The notes beneath the pieces were generated by a model. The model did not search any database and was not told the DNA's origin. It saw only the letters and a list, made by a program, of their open reading frames with translations. 64,000 bases of DNA, taken from Candidatus Latescibacterota bacterium. Its GTDB lineage: Bacteria; Latescibacterota; UBA2968; UBA8231. This document shows positions 1 through 8,797 of this stretch, one piece after another. The stretch covers positions 2,560,001 to 2,624,000 of the forward strand of contig CBDAOB010000005.1 in the NCBI GenBank assembly GCA_965197905.1, written 5' to 3'. Positions within the stretch are counted from its first letter, which is position 1. The number at the start of each line of letters is the position of its first letter. The translations under genes and the position numbers were made by a program.

Positions 1-474
1 TTGGCTTTCATCCGCGACTGCAGATAGATTTTGTGGCGCCTGTGGCGGGATGTTGTCGGAAAGTACTGTTGCACCTACGAATCCTGACAACTCGCTGACG
101 TGACCGGTGGTATCTACGGCGGCGACGCGATAGAAGAAGGTCTGTCCTGCCGCAGCCACCGAATCGATAAAGGTGGTTTTCCCGGTGCTTATGCGGGTAG
201 TGGAATCTTCACCGGCTGCCACGAACCCGTACTCCCCATCGGAGCGAACAGCGCGATACACGGCATAGCCGGCGAGGTCTTGATCGTCGACCGGCTGCCA
301 ACTCAGCAGGACGCGATTTACTCCGGCCTCGGCCACAAGCCCTTGCGGCGTAGCCGGTCGCTCATCGATGCGGCTTGATTCCGGATCGATCGGGTTGCTG
401 CGCTGTCGATCGCAACCGTGCAGGCCGACCGCAAGCAGCGCTGTCGAGATTAGAAGGAGGTGATGACGGTTCAT
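1..474 (-). CDS. Lipoprotein with fibronectin type III domains (3' end runs out of the window)
   Basis: Hand translation (not in the ORF track): MNRHHLLLISTALLAVGLHG-C lipobox, then P..L.A......V.LSW....DLAGY.VYR and FFYRVAAVD FN3 signatures, and the start of a second repeat (PPQAPQNLSA). GGGAG RBS upstream. Confidence 0.75.
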   Translation of the reverse strand, partial: MNRHHLLLISTALLAVGLHGCDRQRSNPIDPESSRIDERPATPQGLVAEAGVNRVLLSWQPVDDQDLAGYAVYRAVRSDGEYGFVAAGEDSTTRISTGKTTFIDSVAAAGQTFFYRVAAVDTTGHVSELSGFVGATVLSDNIPPQAPQNLSAVADESQ

Positions 475-560
475 TTCACTCCCGGATTCTGATCACAAAC
501 CGAACCGACCGGTGGTATCGGGCAGGCGATGTAAGTCATGTGTAGGGAGAGAGAACAGAG

Positions 561-1031
561 CTAGAAAAACCGCCGCGCGCGCGCCAGCTCCAGCTCCACA
601 CCCCGCATTTCCGCAGGACCCGAAAGAACCCAGGTCCCGCCGGGGCGGCTATTCGGTTCGCTTTGGCCGCGCAACAACAGCCTTGCTCCGCTGATTGCGA
701 AGGCGGCGGACAGCGCCCAGCTGACCTGGCTTTTGATGTCGCGATTGTTCGTTCGACGGTAGAGGCGACTCGCCTCTTCTGCCCTGTCGGCCTTCTTGTA
801 ACGCGCGTAGAGGTCGTCGGCGTCGCGGTGAAGATCCAATCCCTTTTTGGCCAAAACAAAGCTGCCCGTGAGGAGAAACGCCCCAAGGGTGCGGCGGGGG
901 GTGATGAGTTCCTCAGTGGCTCCCGGAACCGCTCCCAGGGCGATCAGCGAGATCGCGACTAGCAAAATGCCGCAACCTCGCAGCCCGCGGGGGGGGACGA
1001 CTGCTTCATAGATCTCCAGGGTAGATTTCAT
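561..1031 (-). CDS. Hypothetical membrane protein
   Basis: 156-aa ORF with hydrophobic segments and an aromatic C-terminus. Preceded by a consensus-like promoter and co-oriented with the FN3 lipoprotein. Confidence 0.6.
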   Translation of the reverse strand: MKSTLEIYEAVVPPRGLRGCGILLVAISLIALGAVPGATEELITPRRTLGAFLLTGSFVLAKKGLDLHRDADDLYARYKKADRAEEASRLYRRTNNRDIKSQVSWALSAAFAISGARLLLRGQSEPNSRPGGTWVLSGPAEMRGVELELARARRFF

Positions 1032-1043
1032 GGGTTAAACGTA

Positions 1044-1072
1044 AGGTTAGCGACGTTGGTGAACTTTGTCAA
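1044..1072 (-). promoter_or_regulatory. sigma70-type promoter
   Basis: Minus strand TTGACA-17 bp-TAACCT, 12 nt before the ATG at 1031. Confidence 0.6.
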
Positions 1073-1154
1073 CCGATGCGTTTCTTTCTGTTAAAACTTG
1101 AGGTTATGGCGTTTTTGAGGTCAGGGAATTCGAGGCAAAACGAAACCACGGCGC

Positions 1155-1185
1155 TTGACAATTGAACGGATGTGCAGTATATATT
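1155..1185 (+). promoter_or_regulatory. lexA promoter with a candidate LexA operator in the spacer
   Basis: TTGACA (1155-1160), 17 bp, then TATATA/TATATT (1178-1185). The spacer contains the imperfect palindrome TGAAC-GGAT-GTGCA (1163-1176). Confidence 0.6.
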
Positions 1186-1267
1186 GGGGCAGTAGCTCAG
1201 TTGTTCACTAAGAGGCCGACTGTGCATTTTGGTACCTGCACGTTTCGACAGCGAAGGAGCAGAGGAC

Positions 1268-1893
1268 ATGCGCAAACAGCTAACTGACCGCCAGCAAGCC
1301 ATTTTCGACTTTATCGTCGAAACTGTTGGACTTCGCGGGGCCCCTCCCACTATTCGTGAGATTATGGACGAATTTGCCATCAGCTCGACCAACGGGGTGC
1401 GTACGACCTTGGCAGCCCTGGAGAAGAAGGGCACATTCGGCGCCACCCCCGCTTGTCCAGAGGTATCGAATTGGTCGATCACGTGGAACAGACGACGCTC
1501 TCGACCGAGGTAACCTCGATTCCCCTGGTCGGCCGGATCGCCGCGGGCGAGCCGATCCTGGCGACCGGCAATGTAGAGGACACCCTGCAGGTCGATAACA
1601 CCTTCCTGCCGGCCTCCGGTGAGGTGTTCGCGTTGCGCGTTCACGGGGAAAGCATGAGGGATAAGGGTATTCTCAACGGGGACATCGTGTTGGCCCGGCA
1701 CCAGGAGGATGCGGAACGCGGCGACATAATCGTCGCACTCATCGACGATGAGGCTACCGTCAAGACCTACAGTCCCGAAGCAGATTGCATCGAGCTGATT
1801 CCCGCCAACGACACCTTTCGACCCATCGTCGTAACCCCAGAGGACAACTTTCGCATCGCCGGAGTCGTCGTCAGCTTGATGCGTCGCATCTAG
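1268..1893 (+). CDS. lexA: SOS repressor LexA (single-base frameshift near 1430, probably a sequencing error)
   Basis: N-terminal wHTH (LTDRQQAIFDFI...PPTIREI) in ORF 1229..1513. S24 domain with Ala-Gly cleavage site (GRIAAGEP), Ser (VHGESM) and Lys (ATVK) in ORF 1453..1893. Adding one base at GGG 1429-1431 restores LEKKGHIRRHPRLSRGI, 208 aa. Confidence 0.92.
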
Positions 1894-2084
1894 CAACATG
1901 CCGAGCTGAGATAAGCCGATTCCGACCATTCAGCTCAGTTAAGAGGGCCCTGCGGCGTCGACCCGAATCTCACCCCCAGATCTCCTTCCCTGATTCAATC
2001 CCAGCAGCTACGTTAAGTGGGTAATTGCGCCTGGTGATGCAACCCAGCCAGGCGGCGCGAGGAGCAATCAGCCAACGCCGAGAC

Positions 2085-3425
2085 ATGACGACTGTAAACG
2101 AAAATCCGAAGAGCCGCCGCGACGCCAATGCCATATTCGAATCCGCCCTGGCCGCGGCCGATCCGGGCAGGTGCGTGGCGCGAGTCGTTAGCTCCGAAGA
2201 GGCTCACGTCCGCTTGGGCGATGAACGATTGAACTTGGCGCAGGTCTCACAGATCGTGGTGGTGGGAGCCGGCAAAGCCACACCGGCAATGGCGGTGAGT
2301 CTCGAGGAAATACTTGGAGATCGTATCTCGGTAGGGACGATCAATACCAAATATGGCCACGCTCTGCCGCTCAGTCGCATTGAAACCGTTGAATGTGGTC
2401 ATCCAATCCCGGACGCCGCCGGAGTTCGTGGCACCGAGCGCATGCGACAATACCTTTCGCACCTGGATGAGGCCGCCCTGGTTATCGCCCTCTTCTCGGG
2501 CGGGGGTTCGGCCTTGATGCCTGCACCCGTCGATGGCGTCACTCTCGCGGAAAAGCAGGATACAACGAAGGCACTCCTCGACTGCGGAGCGACCATCGAC
2601 GAGCTCAACGCGCTGCGGAAACATCTGTCGACGATCAAAGGCGGAAGAATGTCACGCCTCGCTTACCCCGCCACTATCCACTCCCTTGTGCTTTCGGATG
2701 TCATTGGAGATCAGCTGGATACCATCGCGTCGGGTCCAACTCACCCTGATTCTAGCAGTTTCGCTGACTGCGTGGGGATTGCCAAACGCTATGATATCTA
2801 CGACGAGCTTCCCGCTTCGGTTCGACGGCACCTGGAGTCGGGCATGACCGGAGCGATAGCCGAGACCCCGGGGCCGGACGACGAATGTTTCGACCGAACC
2901 TACACGAGGGTGGTAGGCAACAACAGCTTGGCGATCGAAGCCGCCCAGGAAACCGCCTACGGGTTGGGATACCGAACCCTGGTGCTATCCACCCGCCTCC
3001 AGGGTGAGGCTCGTGAGGTAGCAACCATGCTCGCCGCCGTTGCCCAGGAAATCAGCACCGCGAACCAGCCGGTCTGCGCGCCCGCATGCGTTATCAGCGG
3101 CGGAGAGACCACGGTAACCATGCGCGGCGATGGCAAAGGCGGCCGCAATCAGGAGCTCGCCCTCGCGGCGGCCGTCGCCCTCGACGGATGGAACGGAGTC
3201 ACCTTGCTTTCGGGCGGCACAGATGGCACAGATGGACCGACCGATGCAGCCGGAGCGATTGTCGACGGCGGAACGCTCGCACGGGCGCGGGAACAGGGAC
3301 TAGAAGCACAGTCATTTCTCAATCGAAACGACTCATATCATTTCTTCAGTGAGCTCGGGGAGCTCGTCATTACCGGACCCACCAATACGAACGTGATGGA
3401 TCTGCAGATCCTCCTGGTAAACTGA
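2085..3425 (+). CDS. Glycerate 2-kinase / hydroxypyruvate reductase (TtuD/MOFRL family)
   Basis: GAGKA, SGGGSAL, LSDVIGD, GGETTV, GGRNQE, GTDGTDG and C-terminal TGPTNTNVMD motifs. Confidence 0.9.
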   Translation: MTTVNENPKSRRDANAIFESALAAADPGRCVARVVSSEEAHVRLGDERLNLAQVSQIVVVGAGKATPAMAVSLEEILGDRISVGTINTKYGHALPLSRIETVECGHPIPDAAGVRGTERMRQYLSHLDEAALVIALFSGGGSALMPAPVDGVTLAEKQDTTKALLDCGATIDELNALRKHLSTIKGGRMSRLAYPATIHSLVLSDVIGDQLDTIASGPTHPDSSSFADCVGIAKRYDIYDELPASVRRHLESGMTGAIAETPGPDDECFDRTYTRVVGNNSLAIEAAQETAYGLGYRTLVLSTRLQGEAREVATMLAAVAQEISTANQPVCAPACVISGGETTVTMRGDGKGGRNQELALAAAVALDGWNGVTLLSGGTDGTDGPTDAAGAIVDGGTLARAREQGLEAQSFLNRNDSYHFFSELGELVITGPTNTNVMDLQILLVN

Positions 3426-3436
3426 CGGTCTGCGCC

Positions 3437-3465
3437 TTGACACCTCGATGGCGTTCCGTTAGAAT
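3437..3465 (+). promoter_or_regulatory. sigma70-type promoter, probably giving a leaderless mRNA
   Basis: TTGACA-17 bp-TAGAAT, 6 nt before the GTG start at 3472. No RBS. Confidence 0.65.
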
Positions 3466-3471
3466 CAAACA

Positions 3472-4419
3472 GTGATCCGATCGCTTAAAAGCATCCTCCT
3501 TCCGCTACTTTCCCTCACACTTCTTTTATATCGTCCGGCTTATGGCGCCTCGAGCTATGCCGGCGAATTCCTCGCGTTGGGAGCCGGTGCCCGGGCCGTT
3601 GCGTTGGGCGGTGCCTACACCGCCATTGTCGACGACGCCACGGCTGGCTACTGGAATTCCGCCGCGTTGGCCACGATCGGCGAACGCCAGGTTCACGCGA
3701 TGCACGCCCAGCGCTTTTCGGGCATGGTCGAACACAGCTTTCTGGCGCTGGCAGTTCCCTCGCGACGCCTCGACGGAATCGCCCTGAGCATCATGCGCGT
3801 TGGCGTTGGCAACATCAAGTTCACCGATCTGCCCAATCCGAATCGGCCTCCCGGGGAGAACAATCGTCCCCAGGTGAGCTCGGTAGAAACCAGCTCGGAC
3901 TATGCAGTGTATCTGTCGGGCGGCGAGCGCCTCAGCTCCCGACTGTCGCTTGGTGGAAGCGCCAAGCTGCTCTATCGGACAGTGGGCGGCTTCAACGCGT
4001 ACGGCGTGGGTTTAGATCTCGCATTGCGGTACGATCTGGCGAGAGGGCTCAGGCTGGCTCTGAATCTGCGTGACGCCACGACTACGCCCGTGTTCTGGAG
4101 CACCGATAAGTCCGACTCGATCCGGCCTTCGGTCGTCAGCGGACTGGCCTATGTGCGGCAGTTGGGACCAGGGACCGCAATCGCCTCCTTCGGATCGCGC
4201 ATGGGCGGAGATGCAACCGACGAATCCGGTGCCGACCCGCTAAATTTTGGGTTCGAGTACGTCCGCGGAAAGATTGCGCTTCGCACCGGGCTCGAAGAAG
4301 GCAGGCAGGCGTTCGGCTTGGGTCTGGTGCCACACGACCGCCTCGAGTTGGATCTGGCCTACCTGGACCATGATGAGCTCGAATCAACCTACCAGGTCTC
4401 CCTCGGATTCCGCTACTGA
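3472..4419 (+). CDS. PorV/PorQ-family outer-membrane beta-barrel protein
   Basis: Signal peptide, then EFLALGAGARAVALGGAYTAIVDDATAGYWN (PorV/FadL-like N-terminal motif). Alternating beta-strands and terminal VSLGFRY. Confidence 0.8.
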   Translation: MIRSLKSILLPLLSLTLLLYRPAYGASSYAGEFLALGAGARAVALGGAYTAIVDDATAGYWNSAALATIGERQVHAMHAQRFSGMVEHSFLALAVPSRRLDGIALSIMRVGVGNIKFTDLPNPNRPPGENNRPQVSSVETSSDYAVYLSGGERLSSRLSLGGSAKLLYRTVGGFNAYGVGLDLALRYDLARGLRLALNLRDATTTPVFWSTDKSDSIRPSVVSGLAYVRQLGPGTAIASFGSRMGGDATDESGADPLNFGFEYVRGKIALRTGLEEGRQAFGLGLVPHDRLELDLAYLDHDELESTYQVSLGFRY

Positions 4420-4426
4420 GTCGGCG

Positions 4427-5317
4427 CTGAACGCGGATTCTGCCTTTCGCTGCGGCTACGTCGCTCTAGTTGGTCGGCCCAACGCCGGCAAATCCACGCT
4501 CTTCAACGCGCTGGTTGGACAACGGCTCTCGATCGTAACCGCCAAACCTCAAACGACCCGGGGCCGGCTCCTGGGAATTTTGACGTTGGCCGAATGCCAG
4601 TTGATTTTTCTCGACACCCCCGGCATTCTCGAGGCCCAATACGCCCTTCATGAACACATGAAGCAGCAGATCTCCTCAGCCGCCAAAGAGGCCGATCTTA
4701 TTCTACTCCTGTTCGATGCCACTCGACCTCTCGACCGTCCCGAGCTTGTAGCGGAACTGCTTCAGAACGCCGGGGCTCCCGTACTTTCGCTGCTAAACAA
4801 GACGGATCTCGTCAGCGTTGAAGAACGTGATCGGATCGTCGAGAAGGTGTCGCGCGAATTCGAACTCGAGCGGATCCTATGCATCTCCGCATTGACCGGA
4901 GAAAACGTAGAGACATTGATCAAAGACATTTCAGGTGTGCTGCCGGTAGGCCCCAAGCTCTACCCCGATGAGACGATTGCGGAACAACCCGAGCGGTTCT
5001 TTGCTGCCGAGATCATTCGGGAAGCGGCTTTCAATGAGCTCGACGACGAACTCCCGTACGCGGTCAACGTAGCGATTGAGGAGTTCTCCGAACGCAATAC
5101 CAAAACCTACATCCACTCCATCCTGTACGTGGAACGCGAAAGCCAGAGGGGCATCGTCATCGGCAAGAAGGGCGTTAAGCTGCGCGAGATTGGTCGCCAA
5201 GCGCGGCTGCGTCTGGAAGATTTTCTGCAGCATCCCGTCTATCTCGATCTCTGGGTACGCGTCCGTCCTAAATGGCGCAGCAGGAACCGTGACCTGAAGG
5301 AATTCGGGTACCGTTGA
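4427..5317 (+). CDS. era: GTPase Era (start uncertain: CTG 4427 or ATG 4370/4373)
   Basis: GRPNAGKST, KPQTTR, DTPG, NKTD motifs and KH domain (VERESQRGIVIGKKG). Confidence 0.95.
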   Translation: MNADSAFRCGYVALVGRPNAGKSTLFNALVGQRLSIVTAKPQTTRGRLLGILTLAECQLIFLDTPGILEAQYALHEHMKQQISSAAKEADLILLLFDATRPLDRPELVAELLQNAGAPVLSLLNKTDLVSVEERDRIVEKVSREFELERILCISALTGENVETLIKDISGVLPVGPKLYPDETIAEQPERFFAAEIIREAAFNELDDELPYAVNVAIEEFSERNTKTYIHSILYVERESQRGIVIGKKGVKLREIGRQARLRLEDFLQHPVYLDLWVRVRPKWRSRNRDLKEFGYR

Positions 5318-5339
5318 CCTTCACGCGGGTTTGCGTCCG

Positions 5340-6089
5340 ATGAATCCGGAGAATCCACTCTTTGCCAGCCGCACTGCCCTCGTCACGGGGGGCTCCCGCG
5401 GTATCGGCAAAGCGGTGTGTCTCATGTTGGCCGCAAACGGTGCCAGGGTGGCAATCAACTACCGAGAGAACGAAGTAGCTGCCCAAGAAGTGCTGACCAG
5501 CGTGCGCAGTCACCTGGTCGACGGCATGATCGCGCAAGCTGATGTGGCAGTGCCGGAAGATGTGGAACACATGGTCCGGCGAGTTGAAGGAGAGTTGGGC
5601 GACGTCGATCTCTTGGTCAACAACGCTGGTATATCTTCTAGCGTCTCGCACCACGACCTGGACTTCGCCACCTGGAAGCGGAATTTTGCCGTCAACATAG
5701 ACGGTCCATTCCTGACCACGTGGGCGGTCAAGGATGCCATGATACGCCGCAAATTTGGCCGCATCGTCAATGTTTCGTCGCTCGCTTCGTTTGTTTTCAA
5801 GAAGGAGATGATCCACTACGCCACTGCCAAAGCCGCCGTGATTGCGTTTACCCGGCACTGTTCTCAAGCTCTGGCGCCCCATGTTCGGGTAAACTGCGTT
5901 GCCCCCGGGTTAACGCGAACCGAATTGGCGGAGTCGTCCAATCCCAATGTTGAAGACCTGATCGACGCGACGCCACTGGGCAGGATGGCCGAACCGGAAG
6001 AGATCGCCGGCGTCGTGAGGTTTCTGCTGTCGGAAGAATCCAGTTTCGTAACTGGTCAGACCGTGCTGGCCTGCGGCGGACGCGCCTGA
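5340..6089 (+). CDS. Short-chain dehydrogenase/reductase (FabG-like)
   Basis: TGGSRGIG, NNAG, YATAK and VNCVAPG motifs. Confidence 0.9.
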   Translation: MNPENPLFASRTALVTGGSRGIGKAVCLMLAANGARVAINYRENEVAAQEVLTSVRSHLVDGMIAQADVAVPEDVEHMVRRVEGELGDVDLLVNNAGISSSVSHHDLDFATWKRNFAVNIDGPFLTTWAVKDAMIRRKFGRIVNVSSLASFVFKKEMIHYATAKAAVIAFTRHCSQALAPHVRVNCVAPGLTRTELAESSNPNVEDLIDATPLGRMAEPEEIAGVVRFLLSEESSFVTGQTVLACGGRA

Positions 6090-6101
6090 AAGGACTGTTC
6101 G

Positions 6102-7415
6102 ATGAAAGTGCTGGTGGTTGGAAAAGGGGGCCGCGAGCATGCCCTCACGTGGAAGATTTCACAAAGCCCACGGGTCACGAAGATGTTCGCCGCCCCCGGA
6201 AGTCCGGGCATCGGACAGTTTGCTGAATGCCTGGATTTTCGCGTTGACACCACAATCAACGAGCTGGAGAAGCTGAGGTCGGAAATCAACCGACTTCGCG
6301 ACTTCGCCATCGAGGAGAGGATTGACCTGACGGTGGTCGGTCCCGAGGACGCCCTCACGGCCGGCATCGTCGACCGTTTTCAAGAGAAAGGACTCACGAT
6401 TTTCGGTCCCACTGCGGCTGCCGCGCGCATCGAAAGCAGCAAGTCGTTCTCCAAGGAGCTCATGGTTCGCATCGGAGTTCCCACCGCTTCTCATCAGACC
6501 TTTGCCGACATCGCCGCCGCTCTTGCTTATGTGCGAAATCACGAGATCCCGGTGGTAATCAAGGCGAGCGGCCTCGCCAGTGGTAAGGGTGCAGTGGTCG
6601 CCCGATCGCTGGAGGAAGCGGAGGCGACCATCAGGGAGATGATGGACGGGAGCAAGTTCGGTGCAGCGGGCAACGAGGTAGTTATCGAAGAATACATGGA
6701 CGGTGAAGAAGCATCCATGTTCGCCATTGCCGACGGGAGAGACTTTGTAAGTCTCGTACCCGCCCAGGACCACAAAGCCATTTTTGAGGGTGACCTTGGG
6801 CCAAATACCGGAGGCATGGGGGCGTATGCGCCCGCCCCGATTGCGGATCGAGCGGCCGTCGAAGAGGTCGAGGTTTCGATTATTCGCCCTGTCCTGGATG
6901 AGCTAGCCCGTCTGGGATCACCGTTTTGCGGTGTGCTGTTTTGCGGATTGATGTTCACGGAAAAAGGGATCAAGGTGGTGGAGTTCAATTGTCGGTTCGG
7001 CGATCCGGAAGCACAGGTCGTCCTGCCGCTGTTGCAGACCGACCTAGTCGATCTGATGGAAGCAGCATGTGACGGAAAAATCGGCAGCGTGCGCGCCGAA
7101 AACTCGGACCGGGCGGCCGTCTGCGTTGTTCTCGCCTCAGGCGGCTACCCCGACACCTACTCGACGGGCTTGGAGATCCGCGGAGTGGACGCCGTCGAAG
7201 GGGTGCCCGACGTGTTTCTCTTTCACGCCGGCACCAAAATGGAGAACGGCCATCTGTTGACGGGCGGCGGCCGGGTCTTGGGGGTCACCGCCGTGGATAG
7301 AACCATCGAAACGGCGGTTGGCCAGGCCTACAAGCAGGTGGACAAGCTCGATTTTGACGGTGTCTACTGCCGACGAGATATCGCCTACAGAGCGCTTCGC
7401 AACCCTTCCGCGTGA
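6102..7415 (+). CDS. purD: Phosphoribosylamine-glycine ligase
   Basis: MKVLVVGKGGREHAL, VVGPE, GPNTGGMGAY, EFNCRFGDPE, GGRVL. Confidence 0.97.
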   Translation: MKVLVVGKGGREHALTWKISQSPRVTKMFAAPGSPGIGQFAECLDFRVDTTINELEKLRSEINRLRDFAIEERIDLTVVGPEDALTAGIVDRFQEKGLTIFGPTAAAARIESSKSFSKELMVRIGVPTASHQTFADIAAALAYVRNHEIPVVIKASGLASGKGAVVARSLEEAEATIREMMDGSKFGAAGNEVVIEEYMDGEEASMFAIADGRDFVSLVPAQDHKAIFEGDLGPNTGGMGAYAPAPIADRAAVEEVEVSIIRPVLDELARLGSPFCGVLFCGLMFTEKGIKVVEFNCRFGDPEAQVVLPLLQTDLVDLMEAACDGKIGSVRAENSDRAAVCVVLASGGYPDTYSTGLEIRGVDAVEGVPDVFLFHAGTKMENGHLLTGGGRVLGVTAVDRTIETAVGQAYKQVDKLDFDGVYCRRDIAYRALRNPSA

Positions 7416-7417
7416 GC

Positions 7418-7451
7418 AAAAAAAGAGCGCCCCACATAGAGTGGAGCGCTC
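7418..7451 (-). terminator. Rho-independent terminator of the minus-strand small gene
   Basis: Minus strand GAGCGCTCCAC-TCTAT-GTGGGGCGCTC followed by T7. Confidence 0.8.
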
Positions 7452-7477
7452 GAACCTTCTGCTATGATCGGCTAAAT

Positions 7478-7765
7478 TCAGGCCACCTCGTTGATCACGC
7501 GGCCCTGACCCCGCTCTTCCTCCACCTCCAAGCGCTGATCCTGCTGGTTATCCTGGCTGTTTTGCGCCGCCTGGGTTTCCCGCTGTTGCTCTGCCTGAGC
7601 GGCTCGTTCCGCACGGGCCATCTCCTGGCTCTCCGCGCGTTGGGCATCGCGGCTCGCTTGCTGCTCTGCCCGCCGCTCGGCCTGTGCTTCCCGTTGCTCG
7701 TCGGTCCGATTGGCCTGCGTTTGGGCGGCCGCAGGCTGTTGATTTGCTCCTGTTACTTCTGACAT
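7478..7765 (-). CDS. Small Q/E/R/A-rich low-complexity protein (95 aa)
   Basis: Perfect RBS AAGGAGGTG before ATG 7765, own promoter and terminator. C-terminus GRVINEVA. Confidence 0.75.
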   Translation of the reverse strand: MSEVTGANQQPAAAQTQANRTDEQREAQAERRAEQQASRDAQRAESQEMARAERAAQAEQQRETQAAQNSQDNQQDQRLEVEEERGQGRVINEVA

Positions 7766-7812
7766 CTTCACCTCCTTGGGGGTCTTCTGGGGGCTTCCTT
7801 GCACCGTTGGTG

Positions 7813-7841
7813 AATATGACATTTCGCCTGCCGAAAGTCAA
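7813..7841 (-). promoter_or_regulatory. sigma70-type promoter
   Basis: Minus strand TTGACT-17 bp-CATATT. Confidence 0.55.
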
Positions 7842-7880
7842 GAATGGTTGTGAGACGCAACGAGTTACGATTCACATCAA

Positions 7881-7909
7881 TTGACGCCTACCAAACACCC
7901 GGATATATT
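7881..7909 (+). promoter_or_regulatory. sigma70-type promoter of folB-folK
   Basis: TTGACG-17 bp-TATATT. Confidence 0.65.
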
Positions 7910-7941
7910 GACGGCGCCAAAAATGAGGGTATACAAGAGCT

Positions 7942-8301
7942 TTGGATACGCTGACACTGAAGAACATGCGGTTTTTCGCCCGCCACGGTCTCTACCCGGA
8001 AGAGAGGGAGCTGGGTCAACGATTTGAGGTCGATCTGGTGGTATCGGGCGACTTCTCGGACGGGGCTCGCTCTGATGATCCTCGGAAGCTGGTTGACTAT
8101 ACCCGCCTGTATGATGCCGTCAGCCAGGTAGTCACCGAGCAGAGTTTCAACCTGGTGGAAGCACTTGCCGAACAGATCGCGAGCTCGGTCGGCAGCCTGT
8201 TCGCCCCCATCGATCTGACCCTCCGGGTCCGCAAACCCGACCCTCCTCTCGACGCGCATTTCGATGGCATCGAGGTGGAGATCCAACGCTCGTATGTGTG
8301 A
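7942..8301 (+). CDS. folB: Dihydroneopterin aldolase
   Basis: FFARHGLYPEERELGQRFEVD, VDYT, NLVEALAEQIA, RVRKP. Confidence 0.93.
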   Translation: MDTLTLKNMRFFARHGLYPEERELGQRFEVDLVVSGDFSDGARSDDPRKLVDYTRLYDAVSQVVTEQSFNLVEALAEQIASSVGSLFAPIDLTLRVRKPDPPLDAHFDGIEVEIQRSYV

Positions 8302-8797
8302 GGTTGTCTACCTAGGACTTGGTTCGAATTTGGGCGACCGGCTGAGCTACCTCGAGTCCGGTGCTCGGGCGCTAGCGGCTGACCTTGAAATCACCGTGCT
8401 AAAGAGCTCATCGGTGTACGAATCGTCGCCCGTAGGGTACTTGGATCAAGGAGATTTTCTCAACGCCGCTCTATGCCTGACCACGACTCGTACTACCCAG
8501 ACCCTGCTGAAGGCGATGACCGACATAGAAGATCGCTTTGGGAGGCAACGCACGATCCGCTGGGGACCAAGAACTCTCGACCTCGATCTTCTTTTGTTTG
8601 GGAATTTTATCGTGGACAGTCCTCAGCTACAGCTCCCCCATCCCCGTTTAACCGAACGGTGTTTTGCACTGGAGCCCCTGCTGGAGCTTGACCCCGAACT
8701 GGTGCATCCGCAAACCGGTCGTGCCCTTGCACACTATAGCCTGGAACTGAACTGTAGCGGGCCCGCGCACACCCACGGGGGTCTCGAGTTTCGGTGA
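8294..8797 (+). CDS. folK: 2-amino-4-hydroxy-6-hydroxymethyldihydropteridine diphosphokinase
   Basis: YLGLGSNLGDR, FLNA, RWGPRTLDLDLL, LPHP. Overlaps the folB stop. Confidence 0.95.
   Translation: MCEVVYLGLGSNLGDRLSYLESGARALAADLEITVLKSSSVYESSPVGYLDQGDFLNAALCLTTTRTTQTLLKAMTDIEDRFGRQRTIRWGPRTLDLDLLLFGNFIVDSPQLQLPHPRLTERCFALEPLLELDPELVHPQTGRALAHYSLELNCSGPAHTHGGLEFR

Noticed and set aside
1089..1099. 11-mer TGTTAAAACTT shared with 25044-25054
   Set aside because: Only two copies, both in AT-rich promoter-upstream DNA. Compatible with chance or generic UP/bending elements.
1186..1260. tRNA-Ala-like stretch in the lexA leader (GGGGCAGTAGCTCAGTTG...TGTGCAT...GTTTCGA)
   Set aside because: The 5' end, a TGC in a loop and a TTCGA resemble tRNA-Ala, but there is no complementary 3' acceptor strand, no CCA, no U33 and poor D/T stems. 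Not callable as a tRNA; tRNAscan-SE or ARAGORN would settle it.
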